Shown: piece after piece, positions 37,794-47,172 of the stretch | Numbering within the stretch: position 1 is the stretch's first letter | Layout of the letters: each line of letters starts with the position of its first letter | Assembly (NCBI GenBank): GCA_009692115.1 | Contig: SHZU01000003.1 | Span: 35,079 to 99,078 of the forward strand | DNA: 64,000 nt | From: Gemmatimonadota bacterium | GTDB lineage: Bacteria; Gemmatimonadota; Gemmatimonadetes; Gemmatimonadales; GWC2-71-9 | Direction of reading: 5' to 3' | Translations under genes and position numbers: made by a program | Notes under the pieces: model-generated | The model's input: only the letters and a program-made list of their open reading frames with translations | Databases searched by the model: none | What the model was told of the DNA's origin: nothing

Positions 37794-39502
37794 GTCACGG
37801 CAATGCGTCGGCGTCGGACTTGGCCAGCCGTCTGGCCGATCGGGAACGCGAGCTCGCGGAACTGACCCGCGAAGTCGAGGCGTGGCGGGCCGAGTTCGGC
37901 CGCCTGCCGTTTCGGTCGGACGGGAATTTCACTTCGATCTCCGGGCGGTCGGTTGAGCCGGTCTACACCCCCGCCAACTTGGTCGACACCCTGGGTGGGG
38001 ACGGGATGCTCCCCGGTCGGTTCCCGTACACTCGCGGCATTCACCCGACGATGTACCGCGGGAAACTCTGGACGATGCGGCAGTTCGCCGGGTTCGGCAC
38101 CGCAATCGATACCAACCGACGGTACCAATTCCTCCTCGAACGGGGCCAGACGGGTCTCTCCGTGGCCTTCGATTTCCCGACCCTGATGGGGTATGACTCG
38201 GATCATCCCCGATCCGAAGGCGAGGTCGGCAAATGCGGGGTCGCGATTTCGAGCCTGGCCGACATGGAGACGCTCTTCGAGGGGATTCCCCTCGATCAAG
38301 TCTCGACGTCGATGACCATCAACGGTCCCGCGGCGATTCTCTGGTGCTTCTACATCGCCGCCGCCGAAAAACAGGGCGTTGACATCGCCAAACTCCAGGG
38401 GACCGTCCAAAACGACATGTTGAAGGAGTACCAGGCGCAGCACGCCTGGGTCTATCCGGTCGACCGGGCAATGAAGATCATCGTCGACATGTTCGAATGG
38501 GGTGCGGAGCACACGCCCCGTTGGAACACCATTTCGATTTCCGGCTACCACATCAGGGAGGCCGGCGCCACGGCGGCGCAGGAGTTGGCGTTCACGCTCG
38601 CCAATGGCTTCTCGTACATCGAACACGGAATCGCCCGCGGGTTGGCCGTCGACAGTTTTGCGCCCCGGCTTTCGTTCTTCTGGGATGTCCATAACGACTT
38701 TTTCGAGGAAATCGCCAAGCTCCGGGCGGCCCGTCGGATTTGGGCCCGTCACCTCCGCGATAAGTATGGCGCCCGGGACGATCGCAGCTGGAAGATGCGA
38801 TTCCACTGCCAAACCGCCGGCGTGAGCTTGACCGCGCAACAGCCGCTCAACAACGTGGCCCGGGTGGCCTACCAGGCCCTGGCCGCGGTGCTGGGCGGAA
38901 CCCAGTCGCTCCATACCAATGCCCTCGATGAAACGCTGGCCTTGCCGACGGAAGAGTCGGTGCGCGTCGCGCTCCGGACTCAGCAAATTCTCGCCTACGA
39001 AACCGGCGCCGCAAACGTCGCCGATCCGTTGGGCGGCTCCTACTATGTCGAGGCGCTCACCGACACGATGGAGCGCGAAGCCGAAGGCCTCTTTGCCGAG
39101 ATCGATGCCCACGGTGGCGTGGTCAAGGCCATCGAAAAGGGCTGGTTCCAGCGGCAAATCGCCGCGTCGGCGGCCCGGTTCCAGGATGAGGTGGATGCGG
39201 CGACTCGGGCGGTGGTCGGCGTCAATGCGTTTGTCGAAGATGAACCCGACCGTCCGCTCGAAACCCTCCGGGTCGGCGAGGAAGCCGATCGGACCCAGCG
39301 CGACCGGCTCGCGACGCTCCGGGCGGCCCGGGATGCCACCCGGGTCGGCCACGCCCTCGCCGAACTCACCCGAGCCGCCGAAGAGGAAAGGAACGTCATT
39401 CCCGCGATGCTCGACTGCGCTCGGTCGTATGCCACCTTGTTCGAAATTCGCCATGCCCTCGAACGGGTCTATGGCGCCTACAAAGAACCGGTGTTCTTTT
39501 AA
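37790..39502 (+). CDS. B12-dependent acyl-CoA mutase, large (substrate-binding) subunit; residue signature is isobutyryl-CoA-mutase-like
   Basis: ATGA overlap with meaB. Motifs [43 protein letters not shown] and [14 protein letters not shown]. 570 aa. Phe99 and Gln217 occupy the positions that are Tyr and Arg in methylmalonyl-CoA mutase. Confidence 0.88.
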   Translation: MSHGNASASDLASRLADRERELAELTREVEAWRAEFGRLPFRSDGNFTSISGRSVEPVYTPANLVDTLGGDGMLPGRFPYTRGIHPTMYRGKLWTMRQFAGFGTAIDTNRRYQFLLERGQTGLSVAFDFPTLMGYDSDHPRSEGEVGKCGVAISSLADMETLFEGIPLDQVSTSMTINGPAAILWCFYIAAAEKQGVDIAKLQGTVQNDMLKEYQAQHAWVYPVDRAMKIIVDMFEWGAEHTPRWNTISISGYHIREAGATAAQELAFTLANGFSYIEHGIARGLAVDSFAPRLSFFWDVHNDFFEEIAKLRAARRIWARHLRDKYGARDDRSWKMRFHCQTAGVSLTAQQPLNNVARVAYQALAAVLGGTQSLHTNALDETLALPTEESVRVALRTQQILAYETGAANVADPLGGSYYVEALTDTMEREAEGLFAEIDAHGGVVKAIEKGWFQRQIAASAARFQDEVDAATRAVVGVNAFVEDEPDRPLETLRVGEEADRTQRDRLATLRAARDATRVGHALAELTRAAEEERNVIPAMLDCARSYATLFEIRHALERVYGAYKEPVFF

Positions 39503-39504
39503 AC

Positions 39505-39927
39505 ATGCCTAACACGAAACCGTTACCCCGGCCGATTCGCGTCCTGGTGGCCAAGCCCGGGCTCGATGGCCACGATCGCGGCGCCAAGGTCGTGGCGGCC
39601 GCCCTTCGCGACGCCGGAATGGAGGTCATCTACACCGGCCTCCATCAGACCCCGGAGATGATCGCGACGGCCGCCATCCAGGAAGACGCCGACGTGGTCG
39701 GGCTCTCGATTCTGTCCGGTGCCCACATGACGCTCTTCCCGCGGGTCCGGAAGCTGCTCGATGCCCAAGGACGCCCCGATATCCTGCTGACCGGCGGGGG
39801 CATCATTCCGCCGGAAGACATCGAGAGTCTGGCCAAGCAGGGTGTCGGCCGGCTGTTCGGGCCCGGCACGCCCCTGGCCGATTTGATCGACTACATCAAC
39901 GCGTGGGCCGCCGATCATCTGGAGTAA
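39505..39927 (+). CDS. acyl-CoA mutase small subunit (B12-binding domain)
   Basis: DxHxxG cobalamin-binding motif ([12 protein letters not shown]), plus GLSILSGAH. 140 aa. Confidence 0.9.
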   Translation: MPNTKPLPRPIRVLVAKPGLDGHDRGAKVVAAALRDAGMEVIYTGLHQTPEMIATAAIQEDADVVGLSILSGAHMTLFPRVRKLLDAQGRPDILLTGGGIIPPEDIESLAKQGVGRLFGPGTPLADLIDYINAWAADHLE

Positions 39928-39992
39928 TCGATCCGAAGGGACCTCCTCGTGAGAACCTCGCTCATGACCCGGCCGCCGGGCCCTGGCACCCG

Positions 39993-41048
39993 ATGCCCGT
40001 GACCTCCGAACCGGTCGTCCTCTGGCTCGGGCTCGCAGGGCTGCTCGCAGGGTGCGGCCCGCCGACCCTGCGGCTCGCTCCGCCACCGTTAGGCGCCGAG
40101 GCGGTGTCGTTGCTGGGTGACACGCTCTGGTCGGTCACCCTGTCCGCCGCGGAGGGTCAGGCCCGGGTCAGCCAGTTGGCGGAGGCGAAGCGCCGGGCCG
40201 GCGCCCGGTGGGACGATCTCAACACCCGGTTGCTGCTCGGACGCCGAACCGCGGCCATGGGTCGGCTCCGCGAAGCCATCGATATCTATACAGAGGCTAT
40301 CGAAGCCGATCCGACCGACCCCCGGCTCTTCCGCCGCCGGGGTGAGTTGCTGTTGCTGGTCCGGGAACCTGATTTGGCGGCCCGCGATCTCGAGCGGGCC
40401 GCCAGCCGTGCCCGGGAGAGAATCTCGCCGGACGGCCGCCGATTCGCTCCCCCGGTCATGGAGTTTCTGGAGGGCCCTGACGGTCAGCTCAGCGGCGCCG
40501 GGGTGCTCCATAGCAGCCAGTTGCTGTTGGGCATGACTCACTTCATCCGGGGCGATTACCGCCGGGCCTATCCAATGCTCGTGGCCGCCGCCCAGTCGGC
40601 CGACGACGCCGACGGCATTGCCACGGCCTCACTGTGGCTACTGTTCACCCTGCGGCGCGCCGGGCGGCTCGCGGAAGCGGGCCAGATCGCCAAAGTCATC
40701 CCCGCGGACCTGCCGGTCGTCCATCGAACCGCCGAACTACGGCTGCTCCAGGCGTTTGCCGGGACGCTCTCTCTCGACTCGCTGCAGCGAGGCCTCGGCG
40801 GCGACATTCAATCGGAGGCGGCCGGTCTGTACCTGTACGGGCTCGGATCCACGCTGTTGGCCCGCGGTCGCCAGGCCGAGGCGGCGGAAGCGTTGGACGA
40901 GGTCCGTCATACCACGAACTGGGCGTCAATCATCTATGTCGCGGCCGAGGCGGACTTGGCGCGGCTCCGCCGTCCGTGTCTCGAGCCGAATCCGGTTCGG
41001 TTCCCCGACCACCGTTGGAATCGCTGTCTCGTCACCGCCATTCAATAG
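39993..41048 (+). CDS. TPR-like repeat lipoprotein, function unknown
   Basis: Trimmed to ATG 39993, giving a lipoprotein signal (LGLAGLLAGC). Helical-repeat-like composition, no recognisable catalytic motif. Confidence 0.5.
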   Translation: MPVTSEPVVLWLGLAGLLAGCGPPTLRLAPPPLGAEAVSLLGDTLWSVTLSAAEGQARVSQLAEAKRRAGARWDDLNTRLLLGRRTAAMGRLREAIDIYTEAIEADPTDPRLFRRRGELLLLVREPDLAARDLERAASRARERISPDGRRFAPPVMEFLEGPDGQLSGAGVLHSSQLLLGMTHFIRGDYRRAYPMLVAAAQSADDADGIATASLWLLFTLRRAGRLAEAGQIAKVIPADLPVVHRTAELRLLQAFAGTLSLDSLQRGLGGDIQSEAAGLYLYGLGSTLLARGRQAEAAEALDEVRHTTNWASIIYVAAEADLARLRRPCLEPNPVRFPDHRWNRCLVTAIQ

Positions 41049-41074
41049 CAACCTTCACGATCGAGAATCACCTC

Positions 41075-42718
41075 GTGCCGTCTAAACCCCCGCCCCCGAA
41101 ATCATCTCGACTCCGGTCCCTGACCGGCGAGTACCGTTCCCTAGCCGAGAAACTCCGCGCCGGCGGCGGTCCGGACCGGGTGGCGAAGATGCATGCCCAA
41201 GGCAAGCTCTCGCCCCGGGAACGAGTGGAGCGGCTCCTCGATCCGGGCACGCCGTGGTTTGAGATCGGCCTCTTGGTTGCCTACGACCGATACGACGGCC
41301 AAGCACCGGGTGCCGGGGTGATCACCGGCGTCGGGGTCGTCGAGGGCCGCGAGGTGGTGGTCGTCGCGAATGACGCCACGGTCAAAGCCGGCTCGTGGTG
41401 GCCCGAGACCATCGCGAAGATCCTCCGGGCCCAGGAAATCGCGATGCGCCAGCGAATTCCGATCATTTATCTGGTCGACAGCGCCGGCGTGAACCTGCCA
41501 TACCAAGGCGGCGTCTTCCCCGGGCAATACGGGGCGGCCCGGATCTTCTACTACAACTCGATCATGCGGCGCTACCTCCACGTGCCCCAGATCGCCGCGG
41601 TCATGGGCAGTTGTGTGGCGGGCGGCGCCTACCTTCCGGCGTTGTCGGACGTGATCTTCATGGTCGACGGCACCAGTTTCATGGGCCTTGGCGGTGCTAA
41701 CCTCGTCAAGGGAGCGACTGGTCAGGCCGTCGATGGCGAGACCTTGGGTGGCGCCAAGACCCACACCGAAATCAGCGCCGTGGCCCACTATCTCGCGGCG
41801 TCCGATGCCGAATGCCTGGTCAAGATTCGCGAGTACGTGGCCCGGCTGCCGCGGTTGCCCGGCGTTGCGCACCGGATCGCGGAGACCGTCGCGCCGGCCC
41901 GGCCGGTGGACGATCTGTACGACATTCTGCCCCAGGATCACCGGATGTCATACGACATGCGCCATGTCTTGGCCTGCCTGCTCGACGGCGGCCGGCTCGA
42001 GGAGTTCCAGCCGGCGGTGGCGGCGGAAATGATCTGCGGCCACGGCCGGCTCGAAGGCCGCCCGGTGGCCGTGATTGCCAACCAGCGGGGATTGATCAAG
42101 GCCAAAGCCGGCGAGCGGCCGCATTTCGGCGGCATCATCTACACCGAGAGCGCCGAAAAGGTGGCCTATTTCATCGAAACCGCCAGCCGCGAACGGATCC
42201 CGATCCTGTTCATCCAAGACGTGAGCGGCTTCATGGTCGGCCCGGAAGCCGAGCACTCCGGCATCATTCGCGCGGGCGCCCGCTTCGTCGAGGCGATGGC
42301 GACCGCCGTCGTGCCCCGGATCGTCCTCACGGTCAATCACGCCTCCGGCGCGGGGTACTACGCCATGGCGGGGCAGGGCTTCGATCCGGACTTCATTGTG
42401 TCCTGGCCCACTGGTCGGATGGGTGTCATGGAGGGCGAGGCGGCCGTCATGGCCGTCCACGGACCCACCATCGAAAAGGCCAAACAGCTCGGCAAACCGG
42501 TGGCGCCTGAGGTGGAAACCTCGATGGCTCAGATGCGAGCCGACTACGACCGCGACCTCGATGCCCGGCACGCGGCGGCGAGGGGACAAGTCGATGCGAT
42601 CATCACGCCGGAGGAAACCCGGGGCATCCTGTCGCTCCTGCTCAAGGCCGCAGCCAACTACGCCGGACCGCACCTGGGCGCGTTCGTGCTGCCGCCGATC
42701 GATGACCATGGGCGCTAG
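41075..42718 (+). CDS. acyl-CoA carboxylase carboxyltransferase (beta) subunit (PCC/MCC family)
   Basis: ORF 40634-42718 trimmed to in-frame GTG 41075. Motifs VVANDATVKAGSWWP, IYLVDSAGVNLP and AAVMGSCVAGGAYLPA. No biotin-carboxylase subunit is adjacent. Confidence 0.85.
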   Translation: MPSKPPPPKSSRLRSLTGEYRSLAEKLRAGGGPDRVAKMHAQGKLSPRERVERLLDPGTPWFEIGLLVAYDRYDGQAPGAGVITGVGVVEGREVVVVANDATVKAGSWWPETIAKILRAQEIAMRQRIPIIYLVDSAGVNLPYQGGVFPGQYGAARIFYYNSIMRRYLHVPQIAAVMGSCVAGGAYLPALSDVIFMVDGTSFMGLGGANLVKGATGQAVDGETLGGAKTHTEISAVAHYLAASDAECLVKIREYVARLPRLPGVAHRIAETVAPARPVDDLYDILPQDHRMSYDMRHVLACLLDGGRLEEFQPAVAAEMICGHGRLEGRPVAVIANQRGLIKAKAGERPHFGGIIYTESAEKVAYFIETASRERIPILFIQDVSGFMVGPEAEHSGIIRAGARFVEAMATAVVPRIVLTVNHASGAGYYAMAGQGFDPDFIVSWPTGRMGVMEGEAAVMAVHGPTIEKAKQLGKPVAPEVETSMAQMRADYDRDLDARHAAARGQVDAIITPEETRGILSLLLKAAANYAGPHLGAFVLPPIDDHGR

Positions 42719-43407
42719 CCGGCTCGGGGCGCTGGTCGCCGTTGCCGTTCTCGCCGCCTGTGCCGGCCGGCCGGGCCTCGGTGGGAAACCGGTTCCGAGG
42801 ACAAGAGCGGCACCAGTATGGCGTCGCCCCACGTGGCGGGGGCGGTCGCGCTCCTGCTGTCAGCCCTCCAGCCAGAGCGGTGCCCCTGGACGTCGGAGCA
42901 GGTGAAGCCAGCCATCGTGGCGACCGGCGGGCGCTGCCGGCGTCGCTCCGGGTCGATCAGGGGGGCGGGTTGCTCGACCTCGTCGCCGCGGATCGGGTGC
43001 TCCGCCGGTTGCCTGTTGGCGCCTCGGTTCGGCTGGCTGTTGGCGGGGTGCCGGGAGCCGGAGTGTACCGGATCCTCGACCCCAACCGGCCGGCCACTGA
43101 CACGACCGTCATGGTCGAGATCCTGGGATCGTTAGGCGGCCCAGTCCGCCTGACGTCGAATACCGCTTGGGTCGAACCCCCTGGGCAGGTGCAGCTCACC
43201 CCCCCGCAGACGTCGGTGCCGATTGGGCTCAGAGGGTCGGCCCTCCGGGACCCCGGCGTCTTCGGCGCCCGGGCTCGCGGAACGATCCAGCCCGGCGGAA
43301 CCCAGCGGGTGTTCTTCCCGCTCGGCCAACTGCTGGTCGAGGTCAATGGCTCCGGCTGGGGCCGGGAGGTCCGGCTCCCCGAGCCGCTCCCGCCGATCAT
43401 GCGGTGA
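42708..43407 (+). pseudogene. subtilisin-like (S8) lipoprotein protease remnant: internal deletion plus frameshift
   Basis: The remnant is spread over three reading frames:
- Signal peptide MGASRLGALVAVAVLAAC, from ATG 42708.
- Catalytic-Ser motif SGTSMASPHVAGAVALLLSA, from about 42806, in a second frame.
- The continuation RALPASLRVDQGGGLLDLVAADRVL plus a roughly 150-aa C-terminal domain, in a third frame.
No Asp or His catalytic regions are present. Confidence 0.55.
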
Positions 43408-43496
43408 GCCGATTCCGCTCCCCTCCGCAGTAATTCGGTCGTCCTCGCGGTAATTTCGGTTACCGCACCCCGTCGGCCGGGTGCCAGATTGTCGGC

Positions 43497-45368
43497 GTGA
43501 CTCACCCAACGCCCTCGGGCAGCGACGGCCTGATCCAAGCCCGCGCCGTGCTCGCCCGCCATTTTGGCTATTCCGATTTCCGGCCCAGTCAGAGCCGAGT
43601 GGTGCACTCGGTCCTCAACGGCCGCGACACCTTGGCGGTCCTTCCAACCGGGGCGGGGAAGTCGGTGTGCTTTCAGGTGCCCGCCATGGTCCGGCCGGGC
43701 GTCACCGTGGTGATGTCGCCCCTCCTGGCGCTCATGGAGGATCAGGTCGAGGCGGCCCGCGCCCGGGGCCTCCCCGCCCGAGCCCTCAACAGCATCCAGA
43801 GCAAGTCGGCCCAGGCTCGGGTCAAGTCCGAACTCGCCGACGGCCTCGTCCGGCTGCTTTACGCGGCGCCCGAGCGCGGCCCCCGATTGGTCGAGGAACT
43901 CGCGAGCGCCGGAGCCACCGTCGGCTTGCTCGCGATCGACGAAGCGCATTGCATCGCCGAGTGGGGGCCGGATTTCCGGCCCGCCTACATGGCCCTCGGG
44001 CGACTCCGCCAAGCGCTCGGCGATCCGCCAACGGTGGCCTTGACCGGCAGTGCCACCGCCGAGGTCCGCGGCGTGATTGCCCGAACCCTCGGCCTTGGCG
44101 CCCGGGGTGGCTACGACCTCCACCTCGCCTCGTTCGACCGGCGGAATCTCTGGTTCGGCGTGGTGCCGGTCGGCTCCGAACGGGACCGGTTGGAACGACT
44201 CCTGGAGCTGCTCGGGCACGGCGACCGCGTCGCCATTGTGTATGGGCCAACCCGCAACGTCGTTGAGGCGCTGGCCCGGGTGGTTCGGGAGCGGGGCTTC
44301 CGAGCCGTCGCCTATCACGCCGGCCTAACGAAAGAACGCCGGGCCGAAGTCCTGACCGGATTCCTCGCCGACCGGTTCGAAGTGATCGTCGCCACCTGTG
44401 CGTTCGGGATGGGGATCGACAAGCCGAACGTCCGGTTGGTCGTCCATTGGACGATGCCGCCCACGCCGGAGTCCTACTATCAGGAGGCGGGCCGGGCCGG
44501 ACGGGATGGCGGGTTGGCCCGATGCATCGCGCTCTACCAACCGGGCGACATCGATCGGGCCGTTCGGGAGTTGGCGGTGACATTTCCGCCGCGAAAGGTC
44601 ATCGAATCCGCCTGGGCCGACCCGCGGGTGCTCCGCCGGCTTCCGAAGAATGTCGCGGCATCGGTTGAGCGCCTCCGCCGCGAGCTCCGGCCGGAGCGAG
44701 GGGTGGTCCGGTGGGACCGCGTCGTCCGCCGCGAGGGAGCCGCCCGAGCCCGTCTCACCACGGTGCGGGAGTACGCCGGCAACCGGACCTGCCGGCGGGC
44801 CACCCTGCTCCGGTACTTCGGCGAGCGCGTGGTCCGTTGTTCAGGGTGCGACGTCTGTGGCGGGCGATCGGCTCCGATCGTCGGTCTGCCGGCGGAGGCG
44901 GTCGCTCGGGTCCGTCGCCTTCGCTTGGCCCTTGGCGCCTCCGGCAGCCCATGGCGGGGCTCGCTGCTCGACGCCCGAACCATCACGGCCCTCGCCGCCG
45001 ATCCGCCGGGAACGCTCGACGACCTGGCCGGCCGGGCCGGGGTCGGTGAGCATCTGGCCGAGCGGTTGGGCCCGGCGATCATGAGGGCACTCGGAACGGT
45101 GGAGCCCGGCCTGGAAGAACGACCCGATGGCGGGCCGTTCGACCGGCTGCGCGCCTGGCGGGCCGCGACCGCCCGGACTCGGGTGGTCGCGGCGTTCCGG
45201 GTGGTTCCCGAGGCCGTCCTCCAGCGGATCGTCGAGCAACGCCCGACCTCGCTCGGCGAACTCTCGGCCATCCCGGGTGTCGGACCCCGGTTTCTCGGGA
45301 ACTATGGCTCGGACATCCTCGCGTTGCTGTCCGCTCTGGGTCCGACCGACCGGCCGGGGTCGGGCTAG
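43497..45368 (+). CDS. recQ: ATP-dependent DNA helicase RecQ
   Basis: GTG start. Motifs FRPSQ, PTGAGKS and DEAHC, a Zn-binding CxxC region, and a C-terminal HRDC-like domain. 623 aa. Confidence 0.9.
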   Translation: MTHPTPSGSDGLIQARAVLARHFGYSDFRPSQSRVVHSVLNGRDTLAVLPTGAGKSVCFQVPAMVRPGVTVVMSPLLALMEDQVEAARARGLPARALNSIQSKSAQARVKSELADGLVRLLYAAPERGPRLVEELASAGATVGLLAIDEAHCIAEWGPDFRPAYMALGRLRQALGDPPTVALTGSATAEVRGVIARTLGLGARGGYDLHLASFDRRNLWFGVVPVGSERDRLERLLELLGHGDRVAIVYGPTRNVVEALARVVRERGFRAVAYHAGLTKERRAEVLTGFLADRFEVIVATCAFGMGIDKPNVRLVVHWTMPPTPESYYQEAGRAGRDGGLARCIALYQPGDIDRAVRELAVTFPPRKVIESAWADPRVLRRLPKNVAASVERLRRELRPERGVVRWDRVVRREGAARARLTTVREYAGNRTCRRATLLRYFGERVVRCSGCDVCGGRSAPIVGLPAEAVARVRRLRLALGASGSPWRGSLLDARTITALAADPPGTLDDLAGRAGVGEHLAERLGPAIMRALGTVEPGLEERPDGGPFDRLRAWRAATARTRVVAAFRVVPEAVLQRIVEQRPTSLGELSAIPGVGPRFLGNYGSDILALLSALGPTDRPGSG

Positions 45369-46951
45369 GCCGTCGGTTTGGTCATCTGCTTCACCAGCCA
45401 ATCCACGACCAATCCGATGGTCGGCCGGTCAACGGCAAACGACTTGATCTCGGTATATCGCCCCGGGAAACCGTCCGGATCGTAAACGAAAAGATGATTC
45501 AGATTCGGAAGCACCTTGGCCGTGATGTGTCGGTTCCCGGCGGCCTTGAACGCCTTGACCAGCAACGGAACCTGGTCGGGCGTCACCTGCTGGTCGTTGG
45601 CGCCGTTCAAGATCAAGACCGGGGTGGTCACCTGCCGAGCGGTGGCCAACGGCTCGTATTCGGCAAAGAACTTGAGCCAAGGGTTGCCGGCGGTCATCGA
45701 GTCCACCCGGGGGGCCACGGCGCGGAGGGCCGAATCGCGCGCCGCCGGCCTGAGCGAGGTGTCGTTCTTGATCCCGTTGCCGAGCTGGAAGTTGAGGATC
45801 TGTCGGCCGGTGTAGGCGGTGCCAGCCAACAGCACGATGCCCTTGAGCGACCCCTCGTCTTTGGCCACCATCGGCGCAATCAATCCGCCTTCGCTATGCC
45901 CGATCAATCCGAGCCTGGTTCGGTCGATCTCCGGGCGGTTCCGCAGCCAAGCCAGCCCCGCTTGAATGTCCTTGGCGAAATCGGCGCTGGTGGCGGTTGC
46001 CGCATTGCCCCCGGAGCCACCGAAGCCTCGGTCATCCATCCGGAGCACGGCAATTCCTCGCCGGGCCAGTGAATCGGCAAATTCGCGAAACGGCCGGAAG
46101 CCCTTGAACAGTGAGATGGCCTCGTCCCGATCTTGTGACCCGGATCCGGTAATCGTGACCACTGCCGGCGCGGGCGCCGCAGCCGTGGCACCCGCTGGAA
46201 TCGTGATGGTTCCGGCCAGCGTGTGACCCATGGTGGTGGTCACCGTCACGTCGATCGCCCGGTACGGAGCCCCGGCCGGGGCGGAGTAATCGGGCTTCTC
46301 CATCGTCATGCCGGCCGAGCTCGGGCTGGTTCGTTCGATGGTGGCTTTCTGGGCCGGTATGGCGCCGCCGAGGATCCGGCCGTCGCGGTCGACCTTCAAA
46401 CGCATCTCGCCGCCGGCCATCGTCAGGACCATGGAGTCGGCGCCCAGGGTGGCGACCCGCACCGGGAACGTCTGGCCCCCGTTGACCATGAACGCCGGGA
46501 CCTCGGCCGGATTGCCGCCAAGCAGCTTGGCTCGCAGGAGAAAGACTTCGATCAGGGCGAACGAGGGATTGATGTAGGGCAGGGCCCCGGGCTTGGAGCC
46601 CAGACGCTCCGTCCGGGTCTGCCCGCCCCCGGAGATCGCGGCAAAGGCCGAGTCGCCCGTCAGGGTGAGCACCGCGGTCTGGCGCGCCGGTGCCGACCCG
46701 GAGTCGGTAGCCATCCAGAATTGGTTGTCCAACGATCCGATCAGACCGTCGGCTCCAATCGTGGCACTGAAACGGAGCCGAACGGCGTTAGGTTTGAGGA
46801 AGACCTCGGAGTCGATGCGGGTCGCCGTGCGGGTGAATCGCTCCAGGCTGATCGTGTCCTTCCCGGCCCGGAGCACGAACATCGCTTCCTGGGCGGCGAG
46901 CGGACCGGCGGCAAGCGCCAAGCCAACAACAGCAATCACGGACCTGACCAT
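45365..46951 (-). CDS. secreted alpha/beta hydrolase (S9/dienelactone-hydrolase-like) with N-terminal beta-rich domain
   Basis: Trimmed to ATG 46951, which gives a signal peptide (MVRSVIAVVGLALAAGPLAAQ). Nucleophile elbow GHSEGG. Confidence 0.72.
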   Translation of the reverse strand: MVRSVIAVVGLALAAGPLAAQEAMFVLRAGKDTISLERFTRTATRIDSEVFLKPNAVRLRFSATIGADGLIGSLDNQFWMATDSGSAPARQTAVLTLTGDSAFAAISGGGQTRTERLGSKPGALPYINPSFALIEVFLLRAKLLGGNPAEVPAFMVNGGQTFPVRVATLGADSMVLTMAGGEMRLKVDRDGRILGGAIPAQKATIERTSPSSAGMTMEKPDYSAPAGAPYRAIDVTVTTTMGHTLAGTITIPAGATAAAPAPAVVTITGSGSQDRDEAISLFKGFRPFREFADSLARRGIAVLRMDDRGFGGSGGNAATATSADFAKDIQAGLAWLRNRPEIDRTRLGLIGHSEGGLIAPMVAKDEGSLKGIVLLAGTAYTGRQILNFQLGNGIKNDTSLRPAARDSALRAVAPRVDSMTAGNPWLKFFAEYEPLATARQVTTPVLILNGANDQQVTPDQVPLLVKAFKAAGNRHITAKVLPNLNHLFVYDPDGFPGRYTEIKSFAVDRPTIGLVVDWLVKQMTKPTA

Positions 46952-47172
46952 GGTGCCCTTCGGGTTGGGAGTGTGGAGCCAGTGTACCGCCGGGTCGGTG
47001 CGCGGGTTTCGAATCAGGGCCGTCTCGCGACCATCGTCCCGGGCCGGCCACAACCGCCCGTCCTGGACGGCCCCCGACTTCTCCATGAGGGCCACGGTGG
47101 TTCCTGAATGGGACGGTTCAAGCTAATCACCTTCTGCGGATCGTGGCCCTGAGGTGGCTATATTCCCGCCCT

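Noticed and set aside
37565-39454. A 629-aa minus-strand ORF. Similar long antisense ORFs occur at 60645-62465, 7476-8969, 25342-26643, 42957-44318, 35605-36822, 33607-34767 and 15613-16776.
   Set aside because: All are mirror frames of well-supported genes (mutase, SusC-like, larB/corA, HD/LytR_C, recQ, mgtE, CNNM, purL). All have low-complexity Arg/Pro/Gly-rich translations and no RBS or start context.
45365-45368. recQ and the convergent hydrolase gene share the palindrome CTAG as both their stop codons.
   Set aside because: It is a real but trivial consequence of convergent TAG stops, and no functional implication can be supported.
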